A stretch of 63,525 nucleotides of DNA, the filler included, from Choristocarpus tenellus KU-1152 (Eukaryota > Protista > Phaeophyceae), in NCBI GenBank assembly GCA_964200185.2. It is 11 parts of 11 records of this genome, joined end to end, with 100 filler letters (N's around TTAATTAATTAA, not from the genome) between each part and the next. Parts side by side here need not be neighbours in the genome. Positions count along the whole stretch, not along the records: positions 28,634 to 36,563 come from CAXNAD020005376.1; positions 36,664 to 39,177 come from CAXNAD020027175.1; positions 39,278 to 51,416 come from CAXNAD020001958.1; 8 more parts are not named here. One strand, written 5' to 3'. Below the pieces are notes generated by a model, which was not told the DNA's origin, ran no database searches, and saw only the letters and a program-made list of their open reading frames with translations. Made by a program: the position numbers and the translations under genes. Below are positions 33,301 through 46,800 of this stretch, piece by piece; the stretch's first letter is position 1; each line of letters opens with the position of its first letter.

Positions 33301-36148
33301 GCCTGTGTGCCACCTTGTTTTTGCAAGGAGCGTGTTGTTCCTTGGGCAAGGCATTGCTATTTGAAGGCTACTGTCTGTGGGAGTCACTTGTGCTGTAAAG
33401 AGTGGATAGAATGATGTCCTGGCAAGCTAGGAACAAGTTTCGGTCAGAACATAAAGAAATTATTCGTCTCTGTGTTACGTGTTGTTTGTGTGGTTCTTAA
33501 TCGTGTTGGTTTCAAGCATGTCTGTGGCTAGTAAAAAAAGGGATCATATTCATTGTATAGAATGGACCATGCACATGGTGAACCTTTGCCACCTCAACTA
33601 CTATTGAGTGCATTTGTATTTCTGTCCCTGCTGAAAGGTGTGCCCAATGGCACCAACATGTGCTCTCAGCATTCACAAAATGGCACGAAAATAATATACT
33701 GTGATCAGAAGAAAATCGTCACTTTTCATTACTTTTTGTAACTGCCACAGAAAAGGTCAGTCCATTGTGGGATCAGTGACTGCTTCCACATTGGACCGCA
33801 GAAGATTGGGGGGGGAGGTGCGATTTAGCTCATTTTTGAGCTTGCCATGTCTTGCATTGAAGCAGGTTTGTAATACATTTGTGACCACGAGGTCCTCGTG
33901 GCTTGTCAGAGATTGACTCAAATTAATCTTCAACGTTTTGGAACAAAATATCTTGGTTGAAATCGAAACAGTTACGAAGTGTTGAAGAATGTTGCAAAAC
34001 TCGGTAACAGAATCCACATGTTGTAAACATGGTGTATTTCAAGTGTGTTCGCCTGATTACTCTCTTGATAATGTAAGCTCTTTCTCTTCTTGTTCCAATG
34101 TAGAAGTATGCTGGTACTAAATGTAGTATCAGTCATCATCCGATGGGAAGAAATGATGTCTATCTCACTACCTGTAATATATATCTACACTATGGTGCAC
34201 AAATGGATTTCTTGTATTTTGATCACGCCTTGAAATATTTGCTTCATCATCGATTATCAATAAAAGGCATAGTGATTTACTTCCTCTAGGGGTTTTGAGT
34301 AGTGGTTGGCCACTGAAGCAGATGCATGTTGCATGGAACATTGCTCCTTGAGCTTGAGTATCCACTGCAGTTGTTGGTTAACCTCCGACGCCACAACCCT
34401 ATGCAATCCCACCTATCTTGAATTTTTTCATGTGTTGGGGTTTAAGAGGTTGTGAGTTGTTTACAGGAAGCAGACCAAGGGGTGATTGTATCTCCTTGTT
34501 GTGGTTTAATGGTGGCAATATAGAGTGCTAAATGAACGACAAGTGTTCCAAGTTGTGCGAAATGGCATTGCTGCCCTTTGGATTTAAGAATACATCGAGC
34601 TCTCACTCTATGCCGGAAAAAATGGTGAAAAACAAGGGCACAAATTGATGTTCAAACAGGTACCAATTGAACCATAGCCTAAAAAAACTTGAGAAATATA
34701 AGGAGTTACGACATCACAGCTGGTCTGGTCAAGAAGAGTCTTGAGACCGAAACACCGATACTTCTTCCTGGCGATTACTTCTTATATTTGCTCTCAGAGG
34801 CAATGGAGCTTGACATGTAGAGCTAGCTCTGAGGTCCATGTTGTACAATATCATTCAAAGAAACCATCTTCCATGTATTTGTTTTTCCTGGAGATAAGTG
34901 GACTTCATACACATCAGTCGAAATATTACTGTGTAGCTTTTAACTAAGACAAAAAAACGAGGAATGGAAATTATCCTGGTAAGTGAGTGACTAATCGTTG
35001 CGCTTGATTTGGTGAACTTCTAGTGAAACAGTTTTGACCTCAGATTTGGATTAAGCTTTTGGTCACAGCACAAATGTTACCTTTAAGGTCTTTGGGAGGT
35101 TACTATTCCATATGGTGAAGGAGACAGTTGATCTATTTATTGTGACCGATTTGTAAAATTTAATCTATGTTTGGGATGTTACTTCCTTCATGATTACTTC
35201 TTTGTATAATGCTTCGTTTTCCCTTTTCTCAGAAAGACAGATGTTACAGAGAGTTGTTTCATATGGCAGTTTTGTAAACGCCTGTATACTACTGCTCTCT
35301 GTAAGAGGTATTCTAAGGACTCAGGATATTCGATGTCATTACATTCCACCCTGTGACGGACAGGCAAAGGGAGAGCAATGCACTGCTCTACCCACATAAA
35401 CACAAAATAAAAGCGGGAATCCATGTGAGACAAATCAACAACTGTTTGCAGGGCGGCTATTATCTCACAAAAGTGCTATTATTGTTGATACCAAGAGTTA
35501 ATAGATGAAATGCAAGGCAATGGCAAGAGCGATGCGGATGACTTAGATGAAATTGGTTCAACGTCTGTGTCCTTCAAGAAGCTGACTTCAAAAAAATAAT
35601 CCATTGTGGTTGACAATTGTCTCAAATCTTTGTAACTACATCTAATATGGCGTCCGCACTAAGGGATCTCACAACCCATTTGTAATCCTTCCATTGAGAC
35701 CGTTAAGGTCGGCATGAGTCGAAGTTCATGCTACAGATGTCAAAGTACCAAACGATTTGACAACAAGGCACTGCAGAGTGACTCACAGCAACTCAGGGAA
35801 GAGCTGTTACAGGCGATATGTCTTGATGGCGATTTCATAAACGCCATTATTGAAGTCCTAGATTTTATACATTTGTACTCCTTGGCTACTTACTATTTAG
35901 TCATTATGATCGCAATTGAGACCATATATCATTGCCGGTTCCTTTTAGATATGATAATACTTTTGAAGTGAATATTGAACTGAAAGATCCAGCATACCCG
36001 GCGACTTGCACACTCCCTCCATCCCTGATGAATCTTCTCCTCCTCCATGGTCCAGATTTTCCGTGTCCTTTATGTGGTTAGTGGAGGATAGTATGTACAG
36101 GTGTACCTCCCCAAACATTTATTTTTTTGTGGTTCATCAAAGTCAAAT

Positions 36149-36412
36149 GAGTGAAATTATCTTAGAGGGTACGAATTTTGCCCTGTATGTCCATTTGGGG
36201 CTTGGCTTCCCATGGGTTTTTTATGACATTTTCCTACTCCAATTTTTTTTTTGAGTAGTAGCTAAAATTTATACGTTATGAAAAGCTGTGTCCGGAACAA
36301 GGACATTGACACTACTTCCTAACAAACACGATAGTCAAAATTACATCAAAATCGCAACATTGAATTTTGGTCCCGAAATGGACACGGCCTACCCTCTAAG
36401 ATACTTTGGCTC
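36149..36412 (-). mobile_element. MITE family A, full copy (264 bp, TSD AAAT)
   Basis: GAGTGAAATTATCTTAGAGGGTA...TACCCTCTAAGATACTTTGGCTC; AAAT at 36145-36148 and 36413-36416. Confidence 0.9.
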
Positions 36413-38178
36413 AAATCTCCTAGGAAGAAAATCTGACCTCGACTGAGGTTGAAACCCTGACATTCCGTGAGGGACTACCACCTGAGGTAGGTAGACAACC
36501 TGATACAGACAGTAACTACAGATAACAGGGGATCCTCAAAATTGAGGATGGCGCGGGACTATGNNNNNNNNNNNNNNNNNNNNNNNNNNNNNNNNNNNNN
36601 NNNNNNNTTAATTAATTAANNNNNNNNNNNNNNNNNNNNNNNNNNNNNNNNNNNNNNNNNNNNTCTTTTTTTTTTTTTTTTTTTTTTTGGGGGGGGGAAA
36701 GAGGGAGACATCAAGCCACACGTAAATAAAAAAGATGGCGTGGCGGTTACAATCGGAACTCGCATTGACAGTTACATTTGACAGTTACATTTCAGACGCG
36801 CTTTTTTCCCATGCCTTACTGTGTTGGACTTGTGACTCCTGTAGAGCACCCCCCAGAGAGAGAGAGAGATCGAAGATTGCTTTCGGATACATTTGACAGT
36901 TACACTGACAGTTACGTTTCATACACACTGTGCCTGGGCTCTTCTTGCGTAGTGTTGTTACTCCCTCCTGTGTGCATCTGTTGTAATTGCATTAATAGAT
37001 TAGGAATGCACCTACATACCCCAAAAGTATTCGGGATGTACCACACCCAAGCAATGCATTCTCCAGATTAGGAATGATTAGGAATGAGTCGAGTATGTAC
37101 CACCACGGATGTGAACTACAGATTAGGATGTGAACTACAGATTAGGATGTGAACGGTATTGACTGTCTGGTGTACATAGTGTAACTACAATTTTTTTCAT
37201 GTTTTTTTTTTTGGGAGGGGGGAAAAAAAACTCCTTCAGCAGGTGACCAAAAAACAAAAAAGGGTATGTGTGCGCAACAGTGAAACTCCACAACCAACTT
37301 TGTGATCTGGACAAGAGCCCCTTGAGCAAAGAAAAATAATAAATTAAAATCTTCATATAAAATAAAAACAATAATGTAAAATCTTCAGATAAAATAAAAG
37401 CATGTATAATCTAAAGATAAAATAAAAACATGTAAATTTTCAGATAAAATACAAAAATAAACATGGGGTCGACAATAAAAGAATATTCAAAAATTCAACG
37501 ATACCTACTGTGAGAACATCAACCGACTTACTTATTGACTACTCCTTCATGAAAATACTGATTACAAGCATCAGTCTCTTTGGTTATGACAAAAAAAGGG
37601 TGTATGTGACTCTCTTGAATAAATAAAAATAAAAACTCCCGCTGCCGAAAGTGCCAAGTAATAAATAAAAATAAAATCTCGATGCCAAAAAATAAAAAAA
37701 TAATAGCGCCAATAAATAAATAATAAATTTAACTCTCGAAAAAACGCCAATATAAATAAACAACATAACAAACCAAATGCCACGACTGATCTTCTGAGGG
37801 ATTACTCTCCCTTTTTGACTTATCTCTCTTTGATCTTGCCTCCTGTGGGTCTTTCCGCTCCCCTTCATCACGAAGAACATGTCGGCTTGTTTTTTATCTG
37901 TTTCACACTAACCCTAACCCTTAACTAAATATCCACCTGTTTCACATTGGCGACTTATCTACCCTTTTCTTTCTTTTTTAACACCCCTAATGCACAAAAA
38001 ATATAGAAGTAAAAAAAAAGTTCTGTTCCAAAAAAGAAATTTACGAGAATAAAAAAAATAACCCAGTTCTTATTTCTTATTCTGAAAATAAAATAAAATA
38101 ATCCAGTTCTTATTCTGAGCCGCCATTGAGCCGTCCCACCACTACAGGACGCTGCTATCCAACACGATCGTACAATAT

Positions 38179-38210
38179 AACCCTAACCCTAACCCTAACC
38201 CTGACCCTAA
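38179..38210. repeat. Interstitial telomere-type (CCCTAA)n repeat
   Basis: TAACCCTAACCCTAACCCTAACCCTGACCCTAA. Other short arrays lie near 43066-43093, 46249-46275, 44336, 48008, 51549, 52265, 56277 and 2811. Confidence 0.85.
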
Positions 38211-38435
38211 GAAACACAACTGATATTGAAGAAACGTAACAACAAATTGATTGCAACCTTACACCTTTCCTGAAAAATATAAATATTCATGTCTGTATGT
38301 CTGTATGTCTGTATGTATGTATGTATAGTTTGTACAGTGTCCCCCGAAAATATAACCCTCATTTATTTTGATAATAATAATAATAATAAATCTTGTTGTT
38401 CCACATATAGGGCAGTTACGCCACATAGATCTCAC

Positions 38436-39090
38436 CTTGGAATCATAGGCAGCACCAGGTGTGAGCTTAAAGAAGGTATTGACCAATGGTGGAATGGGCT
38501 TGGAGATCTATTATTATTATAGCATAAAGGAAAAGTGGACATAACGGCAAACACACAAGCAAGCAGACAGGCAGACAGGCAGGCAGCAGAAGGCAGAACA
38601 GGAATTACTATGTATCTATTCATTCCTCGGTAGAAACACATCTCAATTGAAATATCTAACAAGGGTTAGGGTTAGGCAATGAACTGGTGAAGGCTTTTGG
38701 AAGAATTTAAAAAAAATAGAGTTTGAAAATGATCTGCGCAGCACTGGTACCAAAGCCCCAATCCTAACCCCCAACATCAAAAATATGTATACACAAAAAT
38801 AAATAGTAACCTACCACTGTCTTACATCAGGAAGACTCAAGTACATCAATCAAGTACATCAGTAACACTCATGAGTACATCAATAGTACCACACAACCTA
38901 AATGTATCAATAAATGTATCAATGGTCCCGTCAGTACCTTGGCAATGAACGATGACGTGGAGATGAGGGAGAAGGTCACTGTCCCTGGCTCATCCTCCAT
39001 AGCACGTTCTGTGCGTTGCCTCTTGATGGCCCTGTTCCCCATCCACTCATACTCCCCCGCAGAACCATTCCAACCATTCCAATCAGCGCT
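38436..39090 (-). CDS. Two exons of a probable HARP-domain protein (SMARCAL1-like)
   Basis: Exons 39090-38938 (153 nt) and 38507-38436 (72 nt), AG/GT bounded and phase 0: ...VTFSLISTSSFIAK|ISKPIPPLVNTFFKLTPGAAYDSK. This resembles the HARP pattern (LIS.SRF...FK.IP...YD). The following exon was not found. Confidence 0.45.
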
Positions 39091-39642
39091 CTTAACAAAA
39101 AAAAAAGGAAGGACATTTGTGTGTGTATGTATGTATGTATGTGTGTGTGTATGTATGTATGTATGTATGTATGTATGNNNNNNNNNNNNNNNNNNNNNNN
39201 NNNNNNNNNNNNNNNNNNNNNTTAATTAATTAANNNNNNNNNNNNNNNNNNNNNNNNNNNNNNNNNNNNNNNNNNNNCGCTCTTCCGAGCCCCTACACTT
39301 CCCGAGGAACCTGATGGTGCCCCCTCTTCCCCCCCCCCCTTCCCATTCTGATTTGTCCTGTGGGAGGATGCCATTTAGCAATTGTTAGTGCTGATGATTA
39401 GAACTACACTGGTGTCAATATGTTTAATTACTAGTATTATGATTAAACAAGAACTACTTGTATTAACTATTATATCAACTATTGGAACCTTTGTTTGATG
39501 TTTGTATGCCACACTGGCTTTGTTCATCCTGTTATTGCTGTTCATGCTGGTAATACTGTTAATGGTGTTAATACTATTAATGCTGTTAATGATGTTAATG
39601 ATGTTAATACTATTAATGCTGTTCATGCTGTTGCTGCTATAG

Positions 39643-40801
39643 CGCTGTCAAACTGTTCTGGGTCCCTTTAAGGTCAGCGGCAGTAGTGCTGAAGCCAAGC
39701 CAGGTTCATGTCCTAGCTGCCAGTCTGAAGACTCATTCACCATGGACCAGGAGCAGTCCCTATACCGAAACTACCAGAAGATAACACTGCAGGCATGATA
39801 CAGATAGTTGAGATACAATAGATGATAGATGGGGCATGACACATTTAATATGTGATAATTTCCACATACATAGTTCATTAGATGTATGGCCTATATATAT
39901 GTAAGATATTCATTGTCATGAAGGGTGTAAGGTGTAAGATAGAACATTTAAGATATTAAAGATGCTGGTGTAATATATAACCTTTGTATTCTGACTTGGT
40001 TACTTCAATGTGAAAAATCGTGCTGTCTGGCCTTGTCGAGATAGATATAGGAATAATATATACACATAGCATGTACTCCAAAGTAGGGCATATTATGTAG
40101 TTTTAGTAGATTCCGATATTGAAGGTGTTGCCTGTATGTTTTGGTATCTTCTTTTTCTTAAGGAAGGCAATAATACCTGTGCTGAAAAAAAGGATCAAGT
40201 TATTGTTCATTCTATCAGTGTGTAAGGAAGAACACGGCCAGCACCTGTTTACAATCCTATACGATTTTTGTTTATTTTCATTTTTTTCAAGAGTACAAGA
40301 TCGTTATTGTTCTATTGTTAAGAATTTATTAATCTGATGTTAATATTACACGGTATCAAATTATTCTGAATTTATATTTGTTCTTATGTGTTGGTTGAGG
40401 TTTGGAGAAGAGCTTGGGGGCATTATCTGTTACTATTAACCTTGCTGCCAAAGGTGAAGATAAAAGAAATATCCAGTGCTTGGTTGGACCCAACTCTTTT
40501 TATTTATACCATGCAAATACAATAAAGAGATAAAATGCGTCGTTATGGTTCTTTTCCTCTACAAAATGCGATTGTTCAACTATTGCCATTGTGATCACGA
40601 TTCAGAAGAATAGTCGACATCATTTGAAAGGTGAGAAGGCACAGTGTGTTTCTTGTTCATGATCACCTACAATATATTTTTCTTACTCCCAGTTTTTTTT
40701 TCTTAAAAACCTGCTAAACGAATGACATTTGATTAAAAATTAAAAAAAAAAGGTTGTCCTAGAAAAAATGATGACAGGATATTCTGTATCACACGGGGAA
40801 G

Positions 40802-40851
<50 letters not shown>

Positions 40852-43800
40852 ACATCCCCCGAGTTTGCTGAAGGGAAGTCCTGGGTTCGCATCTCTCCGT
40901 GAGCAAGTACTTATTTTTTTACTAGACTCTGGTTCAAATGGCAGACTGAGAGTAACACGAACCTGATCAAGGTACCACTTTTCCGGTACCAGGAGGACCG
41001 GACCTGGTTGGGTGACCCTGTGGAATGCCTGGACAGGTCCTAGTGCAAAATCACTCTTGGTATAATTGAAAGGAGATTATATATATATATAAGAATTGTT
41101 AGAACTCAATTTGTGTGATATCTAGTTCCTATATTATGGTCTAGGTTTTATATCTAGTTTATAACAGGGACAAGAGATCAACGGGGGTGTGCCTATAGGT
41201 ATGTCTGTCTATATGCTATTTGAACCTGTTTTTTTTTAGTAAGGGTCAATAAAATAATAAAAATCAACATGCCCTTACGTTGCACTGGGCATATTTAATG
41301 GTCCAGTCTGTGGACCAGTCTGGTTCCAGTGTTTTTTGACCAGACCTTTCCGAAACAGGTAAAGAACAAAAATAAATTTCAGTGTGGTCCATGAGCCCAT
41401 CCGTTTGCAAACTTTTTCTGACATGTCCAGACCGGATCCACCAGAGTACTTTGCAGTCTGGTCTGTCTGCAGACCAGACCAGTTCCAGTGTCTTTTGCAG
41501 GGCCGGTCAAGACCTGTCAAATGTTTTTGTGGTCCAGTACTCGGGTAGACCTTTGTAATTCTAAATCGGCCAGAGTCTAGTGGACTGTTCCTATTGATTG
41601 GGCAGGTCCACATGTGAATTGTGTGTAACATGTCAAGAAGGGCGACTGCAGGCGATGTATACATGTATATATGTATATATGTATATATGTATAAATATTA
41701 TATATATACATATAGGAAGAGTTACAAAAGGCCCTGGATAATTGTTCTTTTCCACACTTCCCAACAAAAAAAAAATGTTTGGCAAGAGGAGGTACTTTTA
41801 ATTGTCATTTACTTCCTCTCAAGGTTGTGTTGATGCCTTCTGTTGCTGAAGTTTTCGGAATTAGATTCTCTTCCCACCGTTTTTGATTGAATACTCAGTT
41901 TGGGATTGAGTTGATGTCGAAGAAGACAATTGTGTTGTTTGAAAACAAGAAACGTACGCCTTCCACAATATACAACAGCAACTTTGTTTCATCTGCAGAC
42001 AACGAAACAATCCATTAATCGTTGTAATTATTCTTTGTTTTTAATTATTATTGTTCTCATTATTATTGTCTTTTTTCTTTGTAGTAGCGTGCAACCTGGT
42101 GTTAATTGGTTGAAATACTACTGTTTATTTTAAACGTTATCCTTGCAAGAACTTTTCCAAGAGAATAATTTATTTCTCACAATGCCTATTCCAAGAGGAT
42201 ATTTTTTTCTCACAATCAATGACCATTCCAAGAGAATCATTTCTCACAAACAACGACATTCCAAGAGAATTATTTCTCACAATCAACGATTTTTCCAAGA
42301 GATTAATTTTTCTCACAATCGATAACAATTCTGACAGATTTTTTTTTTCACACGATAAAGGACTACATTCCAAGAGTATAATTATTTCTCACAAACAACG
42401 ACCATTCCAAGAGAGTAATCATTTCTCAGGATCAAACGAAACGAGGTGAAGCTTTCACAGTTCTGACCCTTGAGGTGCCCGCAATTAATAGCAAGTTTTT
42501 TTTTTTTCGCTTGTTGGACATCCTTCCTATTATCGCTATATATATATATATTATATATATATTGCTGGTACACTTGACCTATTTTGAATAGTGGCATCAG
42601 ATTCTTGTGTGCACCCCCCCACCTTTGCACCAACAGTGACATCAGAAAATTGATAAGTGCTTTGGAGTTATTGATGCCTCATGCCCCTAACCCTAACACC
42701 AGACTGTAAAATTGTTAAGCACTGCTGACTTCCTTACAGTTTGAAGGTTTTTAGTTGGTTAATCCTGTTGGTGTCCGTTTTTGGTGTGGGTGTGCGGATT
42801 GATGGAAGTGGACGCACAGTGTCTGAAGTGGATACGGCGTGTACACAGGGGGTTTCCTCATCTATATTAAGGCGTTCCTAGTGGTCACGGTCCAGCAAAA
42901 TGCCCTTGTCTGTCCACTGACGGATTGAGGATTTTACCACTGACCCGTCACCTTACATCTTTGCTCACAGAGCAGGTCACAAGAATAGTAATAACAGTTG
43001 ACCAACGAACTGCTGTGGAGTTAGAGAGGTCATCTTTACAGTTCATTTTGTCCTTAAACCGCCCCCAACCCTAACCCTAACCCTAACCCTAACTCCAACA
43101 CGTGGAAGATGTTTATGGTGATAAGATTGAAAAAAGGCAATATCATTTTTGGTTTATAACTCACACAAAAAGCAGTTACGACCTGCACCTTCCGGTAATG
43201 ATGTTTGCTGCTTCCAACTCTTTTGTTTTGTTTACTTACTTGCTCACAACACAACACGAGGGCATGCATTTATAAGACTCGTTTGACTCTTTGTTGCCAT
43301 GGCGTAGAAGCCGTAAACCTTTGTTAAACCAAGTCTCATGAGTTAGAGAGTCATTGAGACATCTCTCTTCTCAGTACCCTAACCCCTTGCCCAATCTTTC
43401 CCTCGTATTGAACAGGAGTCTCCTGGGAGTGTACCACCAGGACGGGTTCCAAGGTACAAGGACATCATACTATTGGCGGATCTCATTGATCGGGCGAGGC
43501 CAGGTACTATATACCCTGTTATGAATCGTAGATTCGCGGATTATACACAATAAATATTGTTATTACCCATTCATCTTTGATAAAACAAGTCAATATTATT
43601 GATGTTGAAAAAAGTAGGATGCTGCGGAAATAAGGAAGGGGTTCCCTTCCAGCCCTCTTCTTGGTGCTATTGCTGGTGCTGATGTTTAGCATTGGTGTTA
43701 CTTTTGTTATTACTATTGTTGTTACCCCTCTTACAAGTATGTGTGATTATGTTACTATTATTGTTACCCTTCTTACAAGTATATGTGATTATGTTACTTT

Positions 43801-46800
43801 CATTGTTACCCCTCTTACAAGTATGTGTAATTATGTTACTATTGTTGTTACCTCTCTTACAAGTATGTGTGATGATATGTTACTATTACTGTTACCCCTC
43901 TTATATGTATATGTGATTATGTTACTATTGTTGTTACCTCTCTTACAAGTATGTTTGATGATATGTTACTATTATTGTTACCTCTCTTACAAGTATGTGT
44001 GATTATGTTACTATTATTGTTACCCTTCTTACATGTATATGTGATTATGTTACTATCATTGTTACCCCTCTTACAAGTATGTGTGATTATGTTACTATTG
44101 TTGTTACCTCTCTTACAAGTATGTGTGATGATATGTTACTATTATTGTTACCTCTCTTCCAAGTATGTGTGATTATGTTACTATTACTGTTACCTCTCTT
44201 ACATGTATATGTGATTATGTTTCTATCATTGTTACCCCTCTTACAAGTATGTGTGATTATGATCATGCGCACTTCTGTTCAAGTATCACAATGTTGTTGT
44301 CATGACAGAAAAAGTGTTTTTTTTCTGGGGATATAGTTAGGGTTAGGGTTGGTATTCCGGTCTGGTCTTGTAGGTTGTATGGTACACTACAGCATACTAC
44401 AAGTACATTACGATATACTACAGTTACACTATGGTACATTACGGTACATTATGGTACACTATGTTATGGTATGACTACCTATCGTTGGTTATATGTTGGG
44501 CTTAGCTATTCGTCAGTGATATTCCTTATTCTATCATGCCTACCCCAACCCACCACATTGAGCCTGTGGCAATCTTTGTTTCCTTGGCAGGGTTGCCAGG
44601 TTGGTTGCATTTTTTAATTATTGTATTTGTACCCCTGGTCCTTGGTTTGTCTGTACTATCATGTTCTGTAGACTGTATTACTGTATTCCAAGGATGGAAA
44701 TGGGGATAAGGCCTTAGTTGGTAGTATGATATGATGTCTTCAAGTTATTCTGTCAGGGTTGTGCCTTCCATTGTGCCATTATACTGACCCACACACCCCC
44801 TAGCATGTGTTCAGTGGTAATCTTTGATTTGTCATTGATATCATTGGGTGAAACTTACTTCCCTGTTATATGTAGTAATATGGAGGTGTACCTCTATTGA
44901 ACAAAATTCATGCCCGTACTATCCATGCACTATATGTAGAATTGTTGAGATGTACCTCATTTTGACAAAGACTCTGTCAGACCTCTCGTACCGTGTGGCA
45001 CTAATATAGGTGTACCTCCTCCCAAAAAAATCTTTATCCCCACCACCGTCATATGTCATGAATAACTTAGCAATACTGAGATGTACCTCATTTTGACAAA
45101 ATATGTATCCGCACATTCACACCCTCTGTACAGTAGCAATGCTGAGATGCACCTCAATTTGACAAAATATGTAGCCACCCTCTGCACGGTAGCAAGACTG
45201 AGGTGTACCTCATTTCGACAAAACTAATGACAACGATCATTTTGCAGGAGAGGAGATCGAGGTGACTGGGATGTACACTCATAGCTATGACACCAACCTG
45301 TCAAAGAAGACGGGCTTTCCTGTGTTTGGGACGCTGATAGAAGCCAACTACATCCAGAAGAGGCAGGATGAGTTCAACATCCACAGGCTAACAGATGACG
45401 ACAAGCGAGATATACTTGCCTTGGCCAGAGACCCACAGGTTAGCTTGCGTACAGACATGCAACGGCCATCACGTTGCGGATCCAAAGCTTTTAATTATTT
45501 TTGTATGAATAGGTGGTATGCTGAACTGGTCTCGATGTTGTGTTGTGTTGTGTTGTGTTGTGTTGTTGTGTGAACAGTGACGGTCCGATTGAGAGTCAAC
45601 ATTGATTTTTTTTTTATTGAAGGGCAATCGAGGTGTGATGGTAATTGAAACTTTTTTGATTACTTCAAAGAATGATGGTCAATTGCTTGCTATTATTATT
45701 ACTATTACAATTATTATTATTATTATTATTATTATTATTTGACTCGTGACTGATTATGTTATTGTTGATTTCATGTTTGTGTTACTATTTTATTATAGTT
45801 GATTTCATATTATTATGATTATGATTATTATTATTTTGTTACAGTTTATTATTTTCTCGTGCGTATGTGTTCTGTGATGCGATTTGATTCCTTACTTCCT
45901 TGTGGTATCCTGAACTGACCTGACCTCAATTCAATCAAGCGCGCTGAGGTTATAACTAGAGACCTTATGGGGGCAGGAGTACAGGTGGATGATACGATAT
46001 GTAGTATGATACGAGCAGATCAATTCTTACTCAGGTTTTGGAGAGCTGTGAATTTTTAATCCTGGGAAATATCTGACTGAATTGAGAAAGATATGTTCCA
46101 AAATGGAATCAGGGGGTTCGACTGGATCGTCTGCCTTTCTGAATTATATTGCTGCCAGCATAAGGTATACCCACATTTATTACAATCGAAGAGCTCACTC
46201 TGTACTTACAAACCAGAATCTGAATATATATATTTTCGTGTATCTTTTGGGTTAGGGTTAGGGTTAGGGTTAGGGATGTGGTATCAGAATTGTACAGTGC
46301 AGTACAGTGTAGTAGTATTGTTGTTAGTAGAAACACCACTAGGAACACCCTTAGTCCTTAGGCACATAGGACTGCATTTCGTATCGATGTATGTACGGTT
46401 AGAGTTGGGCAGTCTAAGACTGGTTATCTTATTGGATATATGCCCTGACATTTTGGGCGGGTTGTAGCTGTGCCGGGACCATCTCGTTTTTTGAGACAGG
46501 TGTTACTTGTGAAACATGTCAGAACATCAGCTTAAATTCAATACAAGTATAAACATAAATATTAACATAAATATGAATATAAATAAACAATATAGGTATA
46601 TTGATGGTAGTAGAGTATCTAGACCTTTGTACTTGAAACACTACTAGTCCTTAGATTGGCAGGGAATGTGCAGGGACTTAGGGTTAGGGTAAGAAAGCTG
46701 TTCTAGCTGGATGGTGGCGATGAGAAGGTCCTGTCCAATAAACCGATTTTGACAACAGTAATTGCACTGAATGATTTTGACAACTGAATGTTGATACTGT

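Noticed and set aside
43661-44336. Hydrophobic repetitive ORFs that look like membrane proteins
   Set aside because: Translations of the 42-bp intronic minisatellite.
44873-45223. True CRISPR array
   Set aside because: It lies in a eukaryotic intron, there are no cas genes, the repeats are degenerate and at least two spacers are related. Kept only as a curiosity.
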